Origin: the human T2T-CHM13v2.0 reference genome, Homo sapiens
Length of the DNA: 64,000 nt
Assembly: GCF_009914755.1 (NCBI RefSeq)
Contig: NC_060930.1
Strand: one strand, 5' to 3'
Below the pieces are notes generated by a model that saw only the letters and a program-made list of their open reading frames with translations, was not told where the DNA came from and did not search any database. The translations under genes and the position numbers were made by a program. This document shows, piece by piece, positions 16,261-27,960 of this stretch (the first letter of the stretch is position 1; the number at the start of each line of letters is the position of its first letter).

Positions 16261-17719
16261 AGTGGCTCCCAGAGAAACACCATGCTCCATAAAAGGTGGG
16301 GAGAAACAGGTTGTTGTTGTTTTTTTTTTTTGTTTTCTTGGAAGGGAAGAAATTCAGTTTTCTGACCTAAAAATTAGAAATGACTGGAGCGGTAAAGTTA
16401 TTCTGCTAAGTAAAAAGCAACATAGCTGAGTGGGAGAAAAACCAGAAGAAATTCAACATGTTCTAAGGGATGCACCTGGAGAGTGTGTGGCTTCTGTTCT
16501 GACTTTTATATGGACAAGGATAATTAGCATCGTTTTCCTGTAAACTGTATTCAAATTTCCACATGCAGCAATGCTCCCCTGGATTCGCGCCGTAATCATT
16601 ACATCACACTTACAGCATGTACCAGTTTACACCCCGGCACTAAGTAAAATACAATTTCCTTTCTTCCTTTGATTATTTTGCCTTCCTTCCTTCTTTGCTT
16701 CCCTCTGTCTTTCTGCTTTTACTGTTACTCCCACATTTACTGAACTAGATCTCATAAGGATTCCTGGGCATCCACAGATGAATGAGCCACAGTTCCTGAT
16801 GCTTGAGTAGCAGACTAGGATGGGAGGAAGCCTGAAGACGGGATCCTATCATTCACTTCAGTATCTGCCCCACAGTCCGCTGCTGGGTCTGAGACAAGGA
16901 CTTGGTTCCTGAACACTGAGTGGATGGATGGAAGGATGGATGAGATGCCTGTATCCGGATGGCAGTGTTCCAATTTCTGACTCAGTAAAACAGTTGAAAT
17001 TTATCCTCCCCTTCCCGTTGCTTTTTCTGTTTCAGCAACCCCCTTTCAATGAGAGAGGATGTGAACAAGAGAATCAAATTGGCATTCTGAAGCTCTTTAT
17101 TTAAAGGCACGTATTTAGCAATTTGCTATGTCTGAGTTAATATATGGGTTAAGTTCCCTGTGAATGACACTCTCCTAACTTTAGCAACGTCATAAAGACA
17201 ATCAGTTGCTGTGTGTCTGGCAAGTTAATGACTACAAGCCCAAGGGATGCAAGAATGGGAAAATGTTAACGTAGAAAAAAAGACTTTAAGCAAATTCAGA
17301 GGAAAATGGAAAAGGACTCACCACTCCCTCCCCAAAATGCTACACATAACATCTTGTTTTGAACAAGGAAGTTATGGAGAATATTATTCTAAACTTTGTA
17401 TTCATTAGAACAATCCTTTACAGAATGCAGACAAGAAGGCGATTAGGGAAATTAGTAGGAGATAAAGAAGAAAAGAGTTTTAGGAAAAGATGGAAGCAGA
17501 GGAGGAAGGAAGAAGAAAAAGCAGAGAAGAAGACTCCATGCTAAGGTGACAGGGAAGCAGGAGAGGAATGTGAGCATGAGGTCAGGTCTGGGGGCAGGTA
17601 AAAGAGAACCTTCGGAGAACTTGACTGGCAGAGGTGGGTGAGAAAGGACACTCCTCTCCTGTCTTCCTCAGCTCCAGAGGGTGGAATGAGGCTGACAACA
17701 CGATCATTGTGGCAGTTAC

Positions 17720-18065
17720 TCTGCTGGGGGCTTTTATATATAACATTTTATTTAATCATCCAGTTCAAAGCCACCTGCAAGGAAGGAAATTATGTCCATT
17801 GTACTGGTGACAAAACTGAGTTTAGAGGTTGTTGGTCAAGGAGCAGGGGTTCTGGACAAGCACCCACCTACGGACAGCACACTGCCATCCACAAAGGACT
17901 CCTTCATCTTCCTTAAACCTCAGGCAATTCTGTGAAGTGAACAATATCATTTCCATTTTGCATGGCAAGAAATGCAGGCTTTGAGGGAGCCACTCGCACA
18001 GCTAGCAAGAGACCAGGAAGCACATGGACTGGGACTTGATCCAGTGCTCCTTCTGTTTCACTAAA
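17720..18065 (-). mobile_element. Two MIR fragments
   Basis: 'catttta tttaatcatc...caaaactgagtttagagg' and 'atcatttccattttgcatggcaagaaatgcaggc'. Confidence 0.55.
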
Positions 18066-18289
18066 CAGCCTCCTTGAGGAAGTAGCTGGTTCCCTTCTTT
18101 TCACCCCATCCTCAGCTTTATCCTGTAGCCTGTGGCCAGATGAGTGCTGAGTACCAGGCCAAGCAGACACAGCATGGCGGTTGGGGTTGATGTCCCACGG
18201 TCCTCCTGACTGTAATTCTGCATGGAGTGAGGACTCTGATTCTTTAAAATCTTAGGGCTATCTGGTTCGTGCTCCCACACAGTGCAGCA

Positions 18290-18980
18290 GTCTTGTCTAC
18301 AGCAGCCCCCAAACATAGCCTAAAAAGACAATGACTCTCATTCCAGTAGCAGAGGTTCACTGTTACTAAATGAAGCCACAGGTTCCACTGTGGGCTAGCT
18401 GTATCTGGAAGAAAATTCTTGTTTTGAGCCCAAATCTCTTTCTCTATAATTTCTTTTAGTTCTGCTTTTGCTAGAATAACAAATGTCTTTCAGATATCTA
18501 AATGCAGCTTTTGTGTCTCCCCTTGTTTTTCTCTTCTCCAGGCTAACCTTTCTCTGTTCCTTCAACCACTGGTTACAAGACAGTCTCTGACACCCTCTCC
18601 ATTCCTCATGCTGTGTTCATAAAGCACTCAAGTTTGTTTGTTTTCCTTTTCTTTCCTTTGTTTTTTGTTTGTTTTTTTGGGGGGAAGTCAGAGTCTTGCT
18701 CTGTCACCCATGCTGCAGTGCAATGACATGATCATAGCTCACTGCAGCCTCCAACTCCTGGTCTCAAGCAATCCCACCGTCTTGGCTGCCCAAAGCATTG
18801 GAATTACAGGCAAGAGCCACCACGTCCAGTTTATGTTCCTTTTCAAATGTACTGGTATAATACTCCTAATGTGATCTAAGTACTGCAGAGTCTAATGAAA
18901 TCATGACTCTTCCTTCTGTGGGCATGAGACCTCTTTTGTCACAGTTAGGATAATGTTAACTTTTTCAGCAGCCACTTTGT
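18290..18980 (-). mobile_element. L3/CR1-like fragment split by an Alu monomer
   Basis: 'ttctcttctccaggctaacctttctctgttccttcaacc' CR1-type motif. Confidence 0.55.
18652..18829 (-). mobile_element. Old Alu monomer (FRAM/AluJ-derived)
   Basis: Single Alu arm with T-rich tail; degenerate TSD TTTGTTTTCCTTTTC / TTTATGTTCCTTTTC. Confidence 0.85.
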
Positions 18981-19335
18981 GGAGGAGAAAGCTAAGTCAC
19001 CAAGCTCTTGCAGTACAGCATAATAAGTTCTGCGAAGGAGGCAGCCAGTGGGCTATGGCATCACAGAGGAGGGACAGCAAATTTTGCCAGAAAGGAACAA
19101 AGAAGCCTTCTTGGAGATGACACTTGAAGAACAACTCAAAGTGAGAGTAAACCAGGTGGAGAGAGTGGAAGGTCTTTCCAGGCAGATGGAAAAGATTTTA
19201 CAAAGATGAGCTGGTGTGAGAGAACATGGCAGTACAGCCTTTTCTTCCCCATTGCTTCTCTTTTCAATTCCTTTCTTCAGCCTTTCTCTGACTTAGCTTC
19301 ACTTTCGGATGTTCTTTTCAGTTAAGGCTTGGGAA

Positions 19336-19809
19336 GACCCTTGCATAACACAGGGGTTGGGGCGCCGATCCCCGACGCAGTCGAAAATCTACATATCACT
19401 TCTGACTCTTCCAAAACTTAATAGCCGGCTGTTGGCTGAAAGCCTCACTGATAACATAAATAGTCCATTAACACATATTTTGTATGTTATATGTATTATA
19501 TACCTGCAATAAAGTGAGCTGGAAAAAACAAAATGTTATTAAGAAAATCATAAGAGAAAATACATTTCCTAAGTGAGAGTGGATCATCATAAAGGGCTTC
19601 ATCCTCACGGTATTCACATTGAGCAGACTGAGGAGGAGGAAGAAGAGGGATTGGTCTTGCTGTCTCAGGGGTGGCAGAGGCAGAAGGGGTGGAGGAGGTG
19701 GAAGGGAGGCAGAAGAGGCAGGTACACTCAGTGTAACTTCTATCGAGAAAAAAATCCACGTATATGTGGACCCACGCACTTCAAACCTGTGTTGTTTAAG
19801 GGTTAATTG
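19336..19809 (-). mobile_element. Tigger2a (TcMar-Tigger) non-autonomous element
   Basis: TIR-like ends 'gacccttgcataacac' and 'gtgttgtttaagggttaattg' followed by TA; internal 'ggatcatcataaagggcttcatcctc' typical of Tigger2. Confidence 0.85.
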
Positions 19810-22008
19810 TACTATGTTCTCCTGTTTTAAGAAGTATCTGTTGCATGGAGTTGAAAGTTCTTCAACTTGTTTACTGTATTAAGTGAGCATCAAATAGCCA
19901 AAGCACTGGCAATGTTACTATAATAAGTAGTTTTGGAGGTTGTGCCTCTACTTGAGTGAACTGTTTGATTAGGTTAGAAAAGCAAATGGTACCCTAAGTA
20001 TCAAAAGGCAGCCAAAGGTCACTCAGGGCCACAGGCTGGACCACAGTGCTCCAGGGTCTTTGCCCCATTATGAGCTGATCTGTTTTTCCCTTCAATGCCT
20101 CCAGCCAGCAGTGTTGAAATGAGATATTTTAGGATTTCCAAACTATTTCTAAGGCTGTTAGTCACAAACTCTTATCAAGGCAGTTTTCTCAGGTTGGTTA
20201 GCAGACAGGCTCAGAGCCTCACCTTTGCAGGTCAAAGCTCGAGAAACCCTCCACATGATAATTCACGCATCTGTTATTTTTTTACCTGTCCCTTCTCTGC
20301 CTTTAGCTTCTCAGTCATCCAACCCCGCCTCTGTGAAAAGTGCACAATGACTCAAGGCTTTTCTTAGGCCTCTGACAGGTGAACAAAGAAAAACACCTTT
20401 CACAAATCCATTCTATCAAGGGATAGAAGAAGAGAGAACAGAGCCTTCAGTAAAGAACCCTAAACATCCCACCAGAAAGTCCCAAACAACCCTGAAAAGT
20501 GAGAATAAAACTACCAAAAGCTGACAGAGGGTAACAAGCATTATTTCCAACCCACACTTGTCCTTCTAAAAAAAACCAACCCGCTACTGAAAAAACCCCT
20601 GAAATGTATGAAATCTAACATCGTTAACATATTTCCTGTCCTCACATAGCTTATAAAAATGTTTCTGAGCTTTTCCCTGGCTCATTTACAACGATGAGAA
20701 GGAGCAAAAAGGAAATGCAACAGATGGTACTGAGGGAGGAGGTACTACCATCCTCGCTCACAGTCATCCATCTTCGCAGTAAGTTATCCCCGCTTGGGCG
20801 AGGTTTCAAACGTTTTTCAGATGTACCAATGGCGTATTCTTGCTCGAGAACAATGAAGATGAGGCTCCTTTAAAAAGCTTCAGGTTAGAAGGCATGTTTA
20901 CTACTGTCTATTTTTGTTGTTTCTAAAAGAGATCACCTCAGCTTTCCCTCTGAACCTCCCCAAACTGACTCTGCGAGAATCTAATCTGGTACTGATTTAG
21001 AGCTGACAGGTGGTACATGCATAATTAAAGATGACCTAACACAGAATGCTCTCATTCCTGGCATATTATCAGACACTTAAGGAAAGCAATTATCAGTAGG
21101 CAATCTTTTCTGTCAACAGAGATCGAGATGAAACATTTCTTCAATTAAGAGAATTCTGCAAGGATGCTGTACATATCCATCTGCAAATACTTGAAAACCT
21201 TTAGAGGTTAATACTAAGTCAGCTCAATGAAACACCTTTGGCCAGTTAACACATGCTCTCCTCTCCTCCCACTTTTCCTGGGAGGTCACATTTCAAACAT
21301 CAAAATCGGAACAATTTTAAGGTGCTGCCAGACACCCTGACATGAGCGGACAAGGAAATCTCTGCATTTTTCTGCCTTGCTGAGGTCTGAAAATATAACA
21401 AGTTTTCCTTAAAGGTTCAAAGCAAAAAAGGATAGGGTTCACATTAAAGCAAATTCAATTAAAATTTCCCTTCAGAGCAGGATTATTCCCTCTCCATGCT
21501 CCACCCATGTCAGAAGTATTTAGAGAATTATTATCAAGCCTTAAAACTTCGTCTTGAATCTAAGTGATTTAAAGGATTTTTTTCTTTCATTTTGAAGAAA
21601 TCAATATTACTCAAAGAAAAAAGGGACTTGACAAAAACGGAGGAATTTCCCATTTCAGGTGAAGGAGGGAAGAGGTGCCGCATTTCCTGATAGAATACTG
21701 TGCTTTTTATAAATTATAGTGCATGCACTTTGTATAAATGAATGCATTTAAGCTTTCCTTAGAACAGAAATTGCTTTAATGTTATAGTGAGACAAGTGAT
21801 TTTCTTTTCTTTTTTAAAAGGGTAGTTTATAAGTTAATGGTTTTTTGAAGCCCATGTAAAAACTGCCTTCCACAAGACAGAGAACTTCACAATGTTTGTG
21901 GTGCATATTTTGCCACATTTCACAAGAGGTCTTATTGTTTAAATTCTTATAGCCTTATGTCATATGTGAACAAATGACTTTATTGTTCATTTGAACATGT
22001 CTTTATAG

Positions 22009-22153
22009 GATCTCTGGTGGTAGAGCTAGTGTTGTTGTTTGCATTTTTCCCCTCAACAAGCCAGAACAAAAGTCTCTTTTACTGAAGCGCTGGGAACTCA
22101 GGGACGATGGCAGTGTGGCAGCAGTTGTCAGTTGGAAACACCATAATGATAAT
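22009..22153 (+). other. Candidate 145-nt non-coding exon
   Basis: Acceptor gtctttatAG|G at 22008 and donor AAT|GTAAGT at 22153/22154. Confidence 0.25.
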
Positions 22154-23629
22154 GTAAGTGAAGTGCTCACATTAAGGGGTTGACTTCTGACAAGTCAAGG
22201 TCTACAGAAAAGTTTCCGCTACAGCAGACATTATGGTAATGCAAAAACAGAAGTACTTAATAGAATAATTAAGAATCATCCAGTACACTATTACTGCAGT
22301 AGGGCTCAATTCCTTTCGAGATATGCTTTCCTTGGAAGAGACTCCATTCAGAATATTAGGGGAAAAATATCAGTAGCCTTTGGGGAGAACATAATCAGAT
22401 GGGAGGTGGAAGCGATGGCGGGATCATTAATGGGAGATTCAGTAGGACTCAAAGCTCAAGTTCATTATATTCCTTAGAACTAAGAATAGCTTCTGAATGA
22501 GTACTCACAATTCTCCACAGACCTATTTCTCCTAAGGAGCTCCCCCTTTCTCCCTTTCCAATTTTAATCTAAGAAAAAGAATAGAATACAGACAGACATG
22601 GGTAGGTAAGCAGGAACAAAGGAACCTCTACAGAATGGAAGAGAATCTAAGCTAGTTCCGTTTTAGATGTTGTTAAATCCCTTTGACCAGGATTCAATTT
22701 AGAACAACTCAAAAGATACAGTTTGACAGCATGCTGCATCAAGAGGACAGGAGAAAGAAAGAAGTCACAGGTGTAATGTTGTGGCAAACAACAAAATGTT
22801 ATTTCCCAGTGCATGTCATGGACGAAAAGAACATATAAGATATAAGGCACATACTACCATTAAAGTAAACAGAATACAAAAAGGAAAGATTTTAGTGAGT
22901 TTATGTAGGGAGAGACCCTCATTTCTCACACAACTCAGAGTCCCTGACTTTTGTAGGACTTCAGTGAATAAAGCAAAGTCTGTAAGCACAGCCTTTCTAT
23001 GCTGAGGATGATATATGGCACAAAAACATTTTACATGATGCCTTTTACACTTAGATATTATTTTAGAATCATAAACTAAAAGCGTTTTTAAGGTGGAGGT
23101 ACCCGGCATAAAATAGATGTATCTTCTTTTTAACCAAGGCTTCTCCTGTCCACACTCAAACCTGGCTTTCCAAGTGTGTTGGCTTTACTATTTTATGATT
23201 GGATGAATAAAATAAGACTGTTAACTATGGCTACAAAATAAATTACGATACCCTGACCCCAACAGAGTATTATTTTGGAAAGAAAAAAAGTCAAATCCAA
23301 GATATTATTATCGTAACTGCAATCTACTTGTGACCCTGTTTCAGAAAACCTGCCATTTGGAAGCCTTATGGAGACATTTTTCAGAATCTTATGTATTCTC
23401 TCTGTTAACTGATCAGAGATACTTCTCAGGTTTCTTTCACCAAGGACAAAATATGACATATACTTAAGAAAGGATGGATATTGTTTCAGGATCTCTATCC
23501 ATTCAGGAGAAGACACTTGCTTTTTAGTTAAAAAATGACTGTGACTAATTCCAGAGCACCTGGTATTGGCTTTTTCAAGAATGAGCATTTGAAGTCAAAC
23601 TGGAAAATGGTGACTGGCACATCTGCAAT

Positions 23630-23672
23630 GATCTAGATGATGGTAAGAGACGATCCAGAGATGGTAAGAGAC
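23630..23672. repeat. ~21-bp tandem duplication
   Basis: gatctagatgatggtaagagac / gatccagagatggtaagagac. Confidence 0.85.
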
Positions 23673-26309
23673 AGATAAACCCAAAAAGGCTGGCCTCACT
23701 TTGCTGCAGAGGGATAAAAGAAAATAGAAGAAGCGAAAAAAATGATTTTTCTCTACAAGTCCCACTCTAGGAATCACCTTTGTTAACTTTGAGTTCTTTC
23801 ACAAAATGAAATGTTATGTGACAATACAATCTGTTTCCCTTAGGGATGGAAGGTGATGAGGGGAGACCAGTGATAGGTGAGATTTAAAGACACGTAAAGG
23901 AAGGGTGGAAAAGAAATGCATTATGTTACCGAGCGAATGAGGATTAAATCTTCATAATGCATGTCAGATTCTCACAAAAAGAAAATAAAACAAGGGCAAG
24001 CTTTTACTGAACACCTAATATCACCCAGCTGTGAATAAAAGAAAAAGAATCTCACTCTGACCAATTCATACAAATTGACTAATACTTATTCCCTTATGGT
24101 CCATGGTAACCCATACTCCAAGCACACATGATGTTCTTTCACATGTACACATTTGTAACTTTCTGTAAACTAATTAGCGAAGGAGAATACAAAATAGGCA
24201 GGTATAATGGAAACTAGTGAATTCCATCCCTGAAGCTAGTTGTACTGTAATATCTTCTGCATGGTGCCAACAGCCCCCTTTCCCTTTGCTTGTTCCGACA
24301 CAATGCCTTCAGGTCTGTCTAAGTAATGTAATTTACTAGAGTGGAATTCCCTCGGTACCCTGTGCAGTACTTGGTGACAGTATCATTTATACTCCACCGT
24401 GTCGTGGCCTGACACTGATCCATCCGCCTTCATCCCTCATTCAGAGGAGAGCATGCAATTTCACCTTCCTCCGTGCCCTTCTCTGGTGTGCACGTACACA
24501 TTCACTCCACTCAGCCCTAATTACAAACCTGGGTTAAAATACTCTCATTAGATTTATATTTCACACTCCAAATGTCAATCTTGTTGAAAATTCCCGTTTT
24601 CCGGAGGATTCATCCATTAGCAATAAACTTTAAAGCATTCTGTGACTGAGTGCATTAAACCAGCAATGCGGACATGCACTTAAAATACATCATTAGAGAA
24701 AATCTCCATTGCAAATACTTTACACTATTCAACCAAAGGAATAATGAGCCCCGCCTGGCCAGTACCCTCAAACTGCACATGAAGGATAAGTTAAAACTGG
24801 CAGTTTTGCAGGAAGGAGCACACAGTGTATCCACAGGATGCATTTCAGAATCTGTCATTCCTTATGAAAGCGTGGGAGGGAATCACAGCCAGAGTCTAAT
24901 TTATCACCTTCTCTCACCTATTATTTTTACAGAAACTTCGGTCTATGGCAAAGGGCAAGAGGGACGGCGAAGATAATGGGGAATATATGAGTGTGTACAG
25001 GGAACAGAAGCTGTATCTGCAATGCCAGGAACTTTGAAAGTCACCTAGAATGATTTGCTCGGCCTGAAAAGCATTCTTCCATTTCGTTAACAGAGAAAAG
25101 TGGAGAAAGCAGCATTGTCTGGAGACACTGGAGAAGCGGGTATCATTTTAATACAAGACAGATTTCCCTGGCAGAGTTGACCTGAGAAATGTCTTTATTC
25201 CAGACTGATGGTTCCTAACACAAAAACCAAAAATCTGATGAGAATACTAATATATAAATTATAAGTCACAAGTTGTATCTGGGACAGGGATGGTAGGACA
25301 GACTAAGAAAAGGAAAATTTGAAGAGGATTGAAAAACAACCCAGCAAAATACAACAATTAAGAAAACTAAGCCACCACTGTTTTATATCTGTCCTGTATT
25401 TTAATTCCTTAGCTTATAGGTTTAATTCATCACTTCTTGTCAGGTCTCAGGTGAGGCAAAGTTAAGATACAGTCATAACTTCTCTTTAACTTTGATAAAT
25501 GAAGAAACAGCATTCTAGGAAAGTCCTGGAGGAGGTTAAAGGGAGACTGATTTGAAGTCTCAGCATCTAATCCTGAAGGCTAACAAAAAAGTTATGTCCA
25601 CAATTATGACTTTGTACTGTGAAATACACAATACACTTTATAATGCAAAACTTTGGTGGGTGGAAAAGGACTCTAGAAGGACAGGTATACATTGTATTAA
25701 ACAGAAAATAACTTGCAAAGCATAAAAAATAAAAATAAAAGCAACAGCAATTGTTTTCTACCTGTCAGCATCTGGTCAATCTGTCAGATTGTTCAGTAAC
25801 CAGAATTATAACAGATGCAATATTTTCTGTGGGGAATTACACCACCATGGAAGCTATTGCTCCTGAAGTTTTGCCCATTTCCACCTGAAATATTTTTTTA
25901 GCCTTACTTGATTACAACATTAGCACTCTCTTTCATAACGTACACCAGCAGGTACTACAATTAACATGCACAGATGTTAGAACTGAACATCCATGTTTAA
26001 ATAAAAAACAGGGAGAAGGTAAAAATTACTGAATATGCTCAACACAGCACTAATCTTAAAAGGAAAGAGAGGCTTACATTGTGCTAACTTAACAGCAAAA
26101 TAAAAAAAACAACAATCCCCCAGTTGGCATTAGTAACCTAAGAAGAAGCAAACCACTCTATAAATGCCTGTATTCTTCTGAAACACTGAACCAGAGGCTG
26201 ATCTTTTGTCCATTTAATTCCAAAATTTGTACTCCAAGAATAGAGGAGAACTCCCAAATGCTCTCAAATTCTCCAACACATTTTATGATGCAACTGCACA
26301 AATGACGAT

Positions 26310-26545
26310 AACACCAACATCATTTTGTGGAGTGCTGGCTTTGTGCTTTATGTACGTCATCTCACTGAATCCCCACAACCACCCTCTCATTCAGGCAGGC
26401 AGTACTACTTCTGTTCCCATTTTCAAATAAAGACACCCAGGCCTAGGAGAGGTTAACAGATCAAGGTCAACAAGTAGCTAAGCTAAGATTTGATCCGGAG
26501 TCTTTTTTTCCTCCTAAAGCTCTCAACTCATTGTAACCACTGTGC
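26310..26545 (-). mobile_element. MIR
   Basis: 'tgctttatgtacgtcatctcactgaatccccacaaccacc...cccattttcaaataaagacacccaggc'. Confidence 0.75.
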
Positions 26546-27649
26546 CACACTGTCTGCCACAGTTGGGGATGCCAAAGAAAAATGTGATTTGCAGTCTTCA
26601 TTTTTCAGAATCTTCTGGAACTGCCCTCTTGACTCATCCATTTTACAAAGCTCATCAGACTGAAAGGCTCAGAACACTTGCAGACATTCTCATTCTTTGG
26701 AAATGCCACAACCACTCAGTCAGTGGAATGGGACAGCACCATCAATGGGATTGCGAAGGCACAAATTTCCCTGTGAATGCTGGCGCCGCCTCTCTTTGGT
26801 GTTTCTTCTAGCCACAAACGGACACGTTATCACTTACTGTGGTTGCATTCGACTCAGCAGCCAGATGCAGGGGAGTTTTTACTTGGTTAACTGTCCCTCC
26901 AACATCTGTGTCTACAGAAGATACTACAGGGCAGGCGTGTGCTCATCCTTGTCCCTTCTCCCTCCTCCAACCAAACACACAAAAAGTTTTCCAATCTCTA
27001 GGGCAACACCATTAAGATATCCTTTCCTTGCTGTGCTATGAGTTTACAAGAAATAACTTTCTAACAATAAGCCAAGAAGATGGATGTTGTAAAACTGCAT
27101 TTCAAATAAGGCAATTCCTTTTTAAAAAAGATTCAAGGGTTTCACGCTTCTTTCTTCCTTCCATCAACACAATTTGTTTATGTATGAGTTGGATCTTTCT
27201 TCCTTCGGAAGAGAAAAGTGCTGATAAACTATCATGTGTAGACACACAACGCAAAAACTTGGTTGCCTTTTGCTATTTAAACAGAGACAAATTATTTCCC
27301 AATATACCACTTACCAGACAGATGCAAAGATGTGGGCAAACCAGTCATCAGAATTAACAGAGTGATTTTGCTTGCACTACATATTCTGATTTGTATGACT
27401 CTTATTTTTAGCCATGCACAAAGGGCAATAAATGGAAAATCTTATTCTAACCGCTACTTTTTCTGGGCCACCCACACTGCCCCACCTACCACACAACTTC
27501 AAAATGTAAAAAAACCCAGACCAGGGTTTGTCCTAACAAGGGATGCAAAGTGGCTAAAATGTGTGACATTTTTTCCAGTTAGTGTTTGTACTTTCATTTT
27601 TTTTTTTTTTTCTGTCTCAGGACTTTCAGGGAAAACAATGTTGACTTAC

Positions 27650-27960
27650 CAATGGGCATTTTCAAAGACTCTAAGTTGGTATGTCAGTCAGTGTACAGAC
27701 AACGTGATCCGCAAGGCACGGGCACCACCCTGCCGTGAACCACATCTCAGCCAATCTTCCGCAAAGAAATGTACCCAAAAACTTTTCTGTAAATTCAGGA
27801 AGGTGATCCACACCTTCCACATTTTGTTTTGAAACAATGATGGTATTTTAAAAGTTCTTCAAATTAACAAAAGTGATATCAGAAATATAAACATTTCTAA
27901 AACAGAGCGGGCTGTGAGGAGTGATTTTGCCAAACTTAAGTCAGTAGCACTTGACTTATA
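27650..27960 (-). promoter_or_regulatory. Candidate alternative promoter / first exon ending ATG CCC ATT G|GTAAGT
   Basis: Consensus donor TTG|GTAAGT (exon end 27650); ATG at 27659 with A at -3; TATA-like GATATAAG at ~27955-27962; local CpG retention; RUNX and CCAAT motifs. Confidence 0.45.

Noticed and set aside
20650-20867. Minus-strand coding exon starting at 20867
   Set aside because: Weak acceptor with a competing AG nearby, no good donor and an unrecognisable translation
22180-22198. miRNA/snoRNA-like hairpins here and at 28576-28604
   Set aside because: Stems of only 7-12 bp are expected by chance; no mature miRNA or box motifs recognised
23630-23672. CRISPR-like or other repeat-spacer array
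   Set aside because: Only two adjacent copies without spacers, in eukaryotic DNA
27650-27659. BRCA2 start (MPIG...)
   Set aside because: BRCA2 continues MPIGSKERPTF within one exon; here an intron follows the tenth base and the context differs
27332-27832. 166-aa plus-strand ORF as a novel gene
   Set aside because: Non-ATG start, crosses a poly-T tract, no recognisable domain or codon bias
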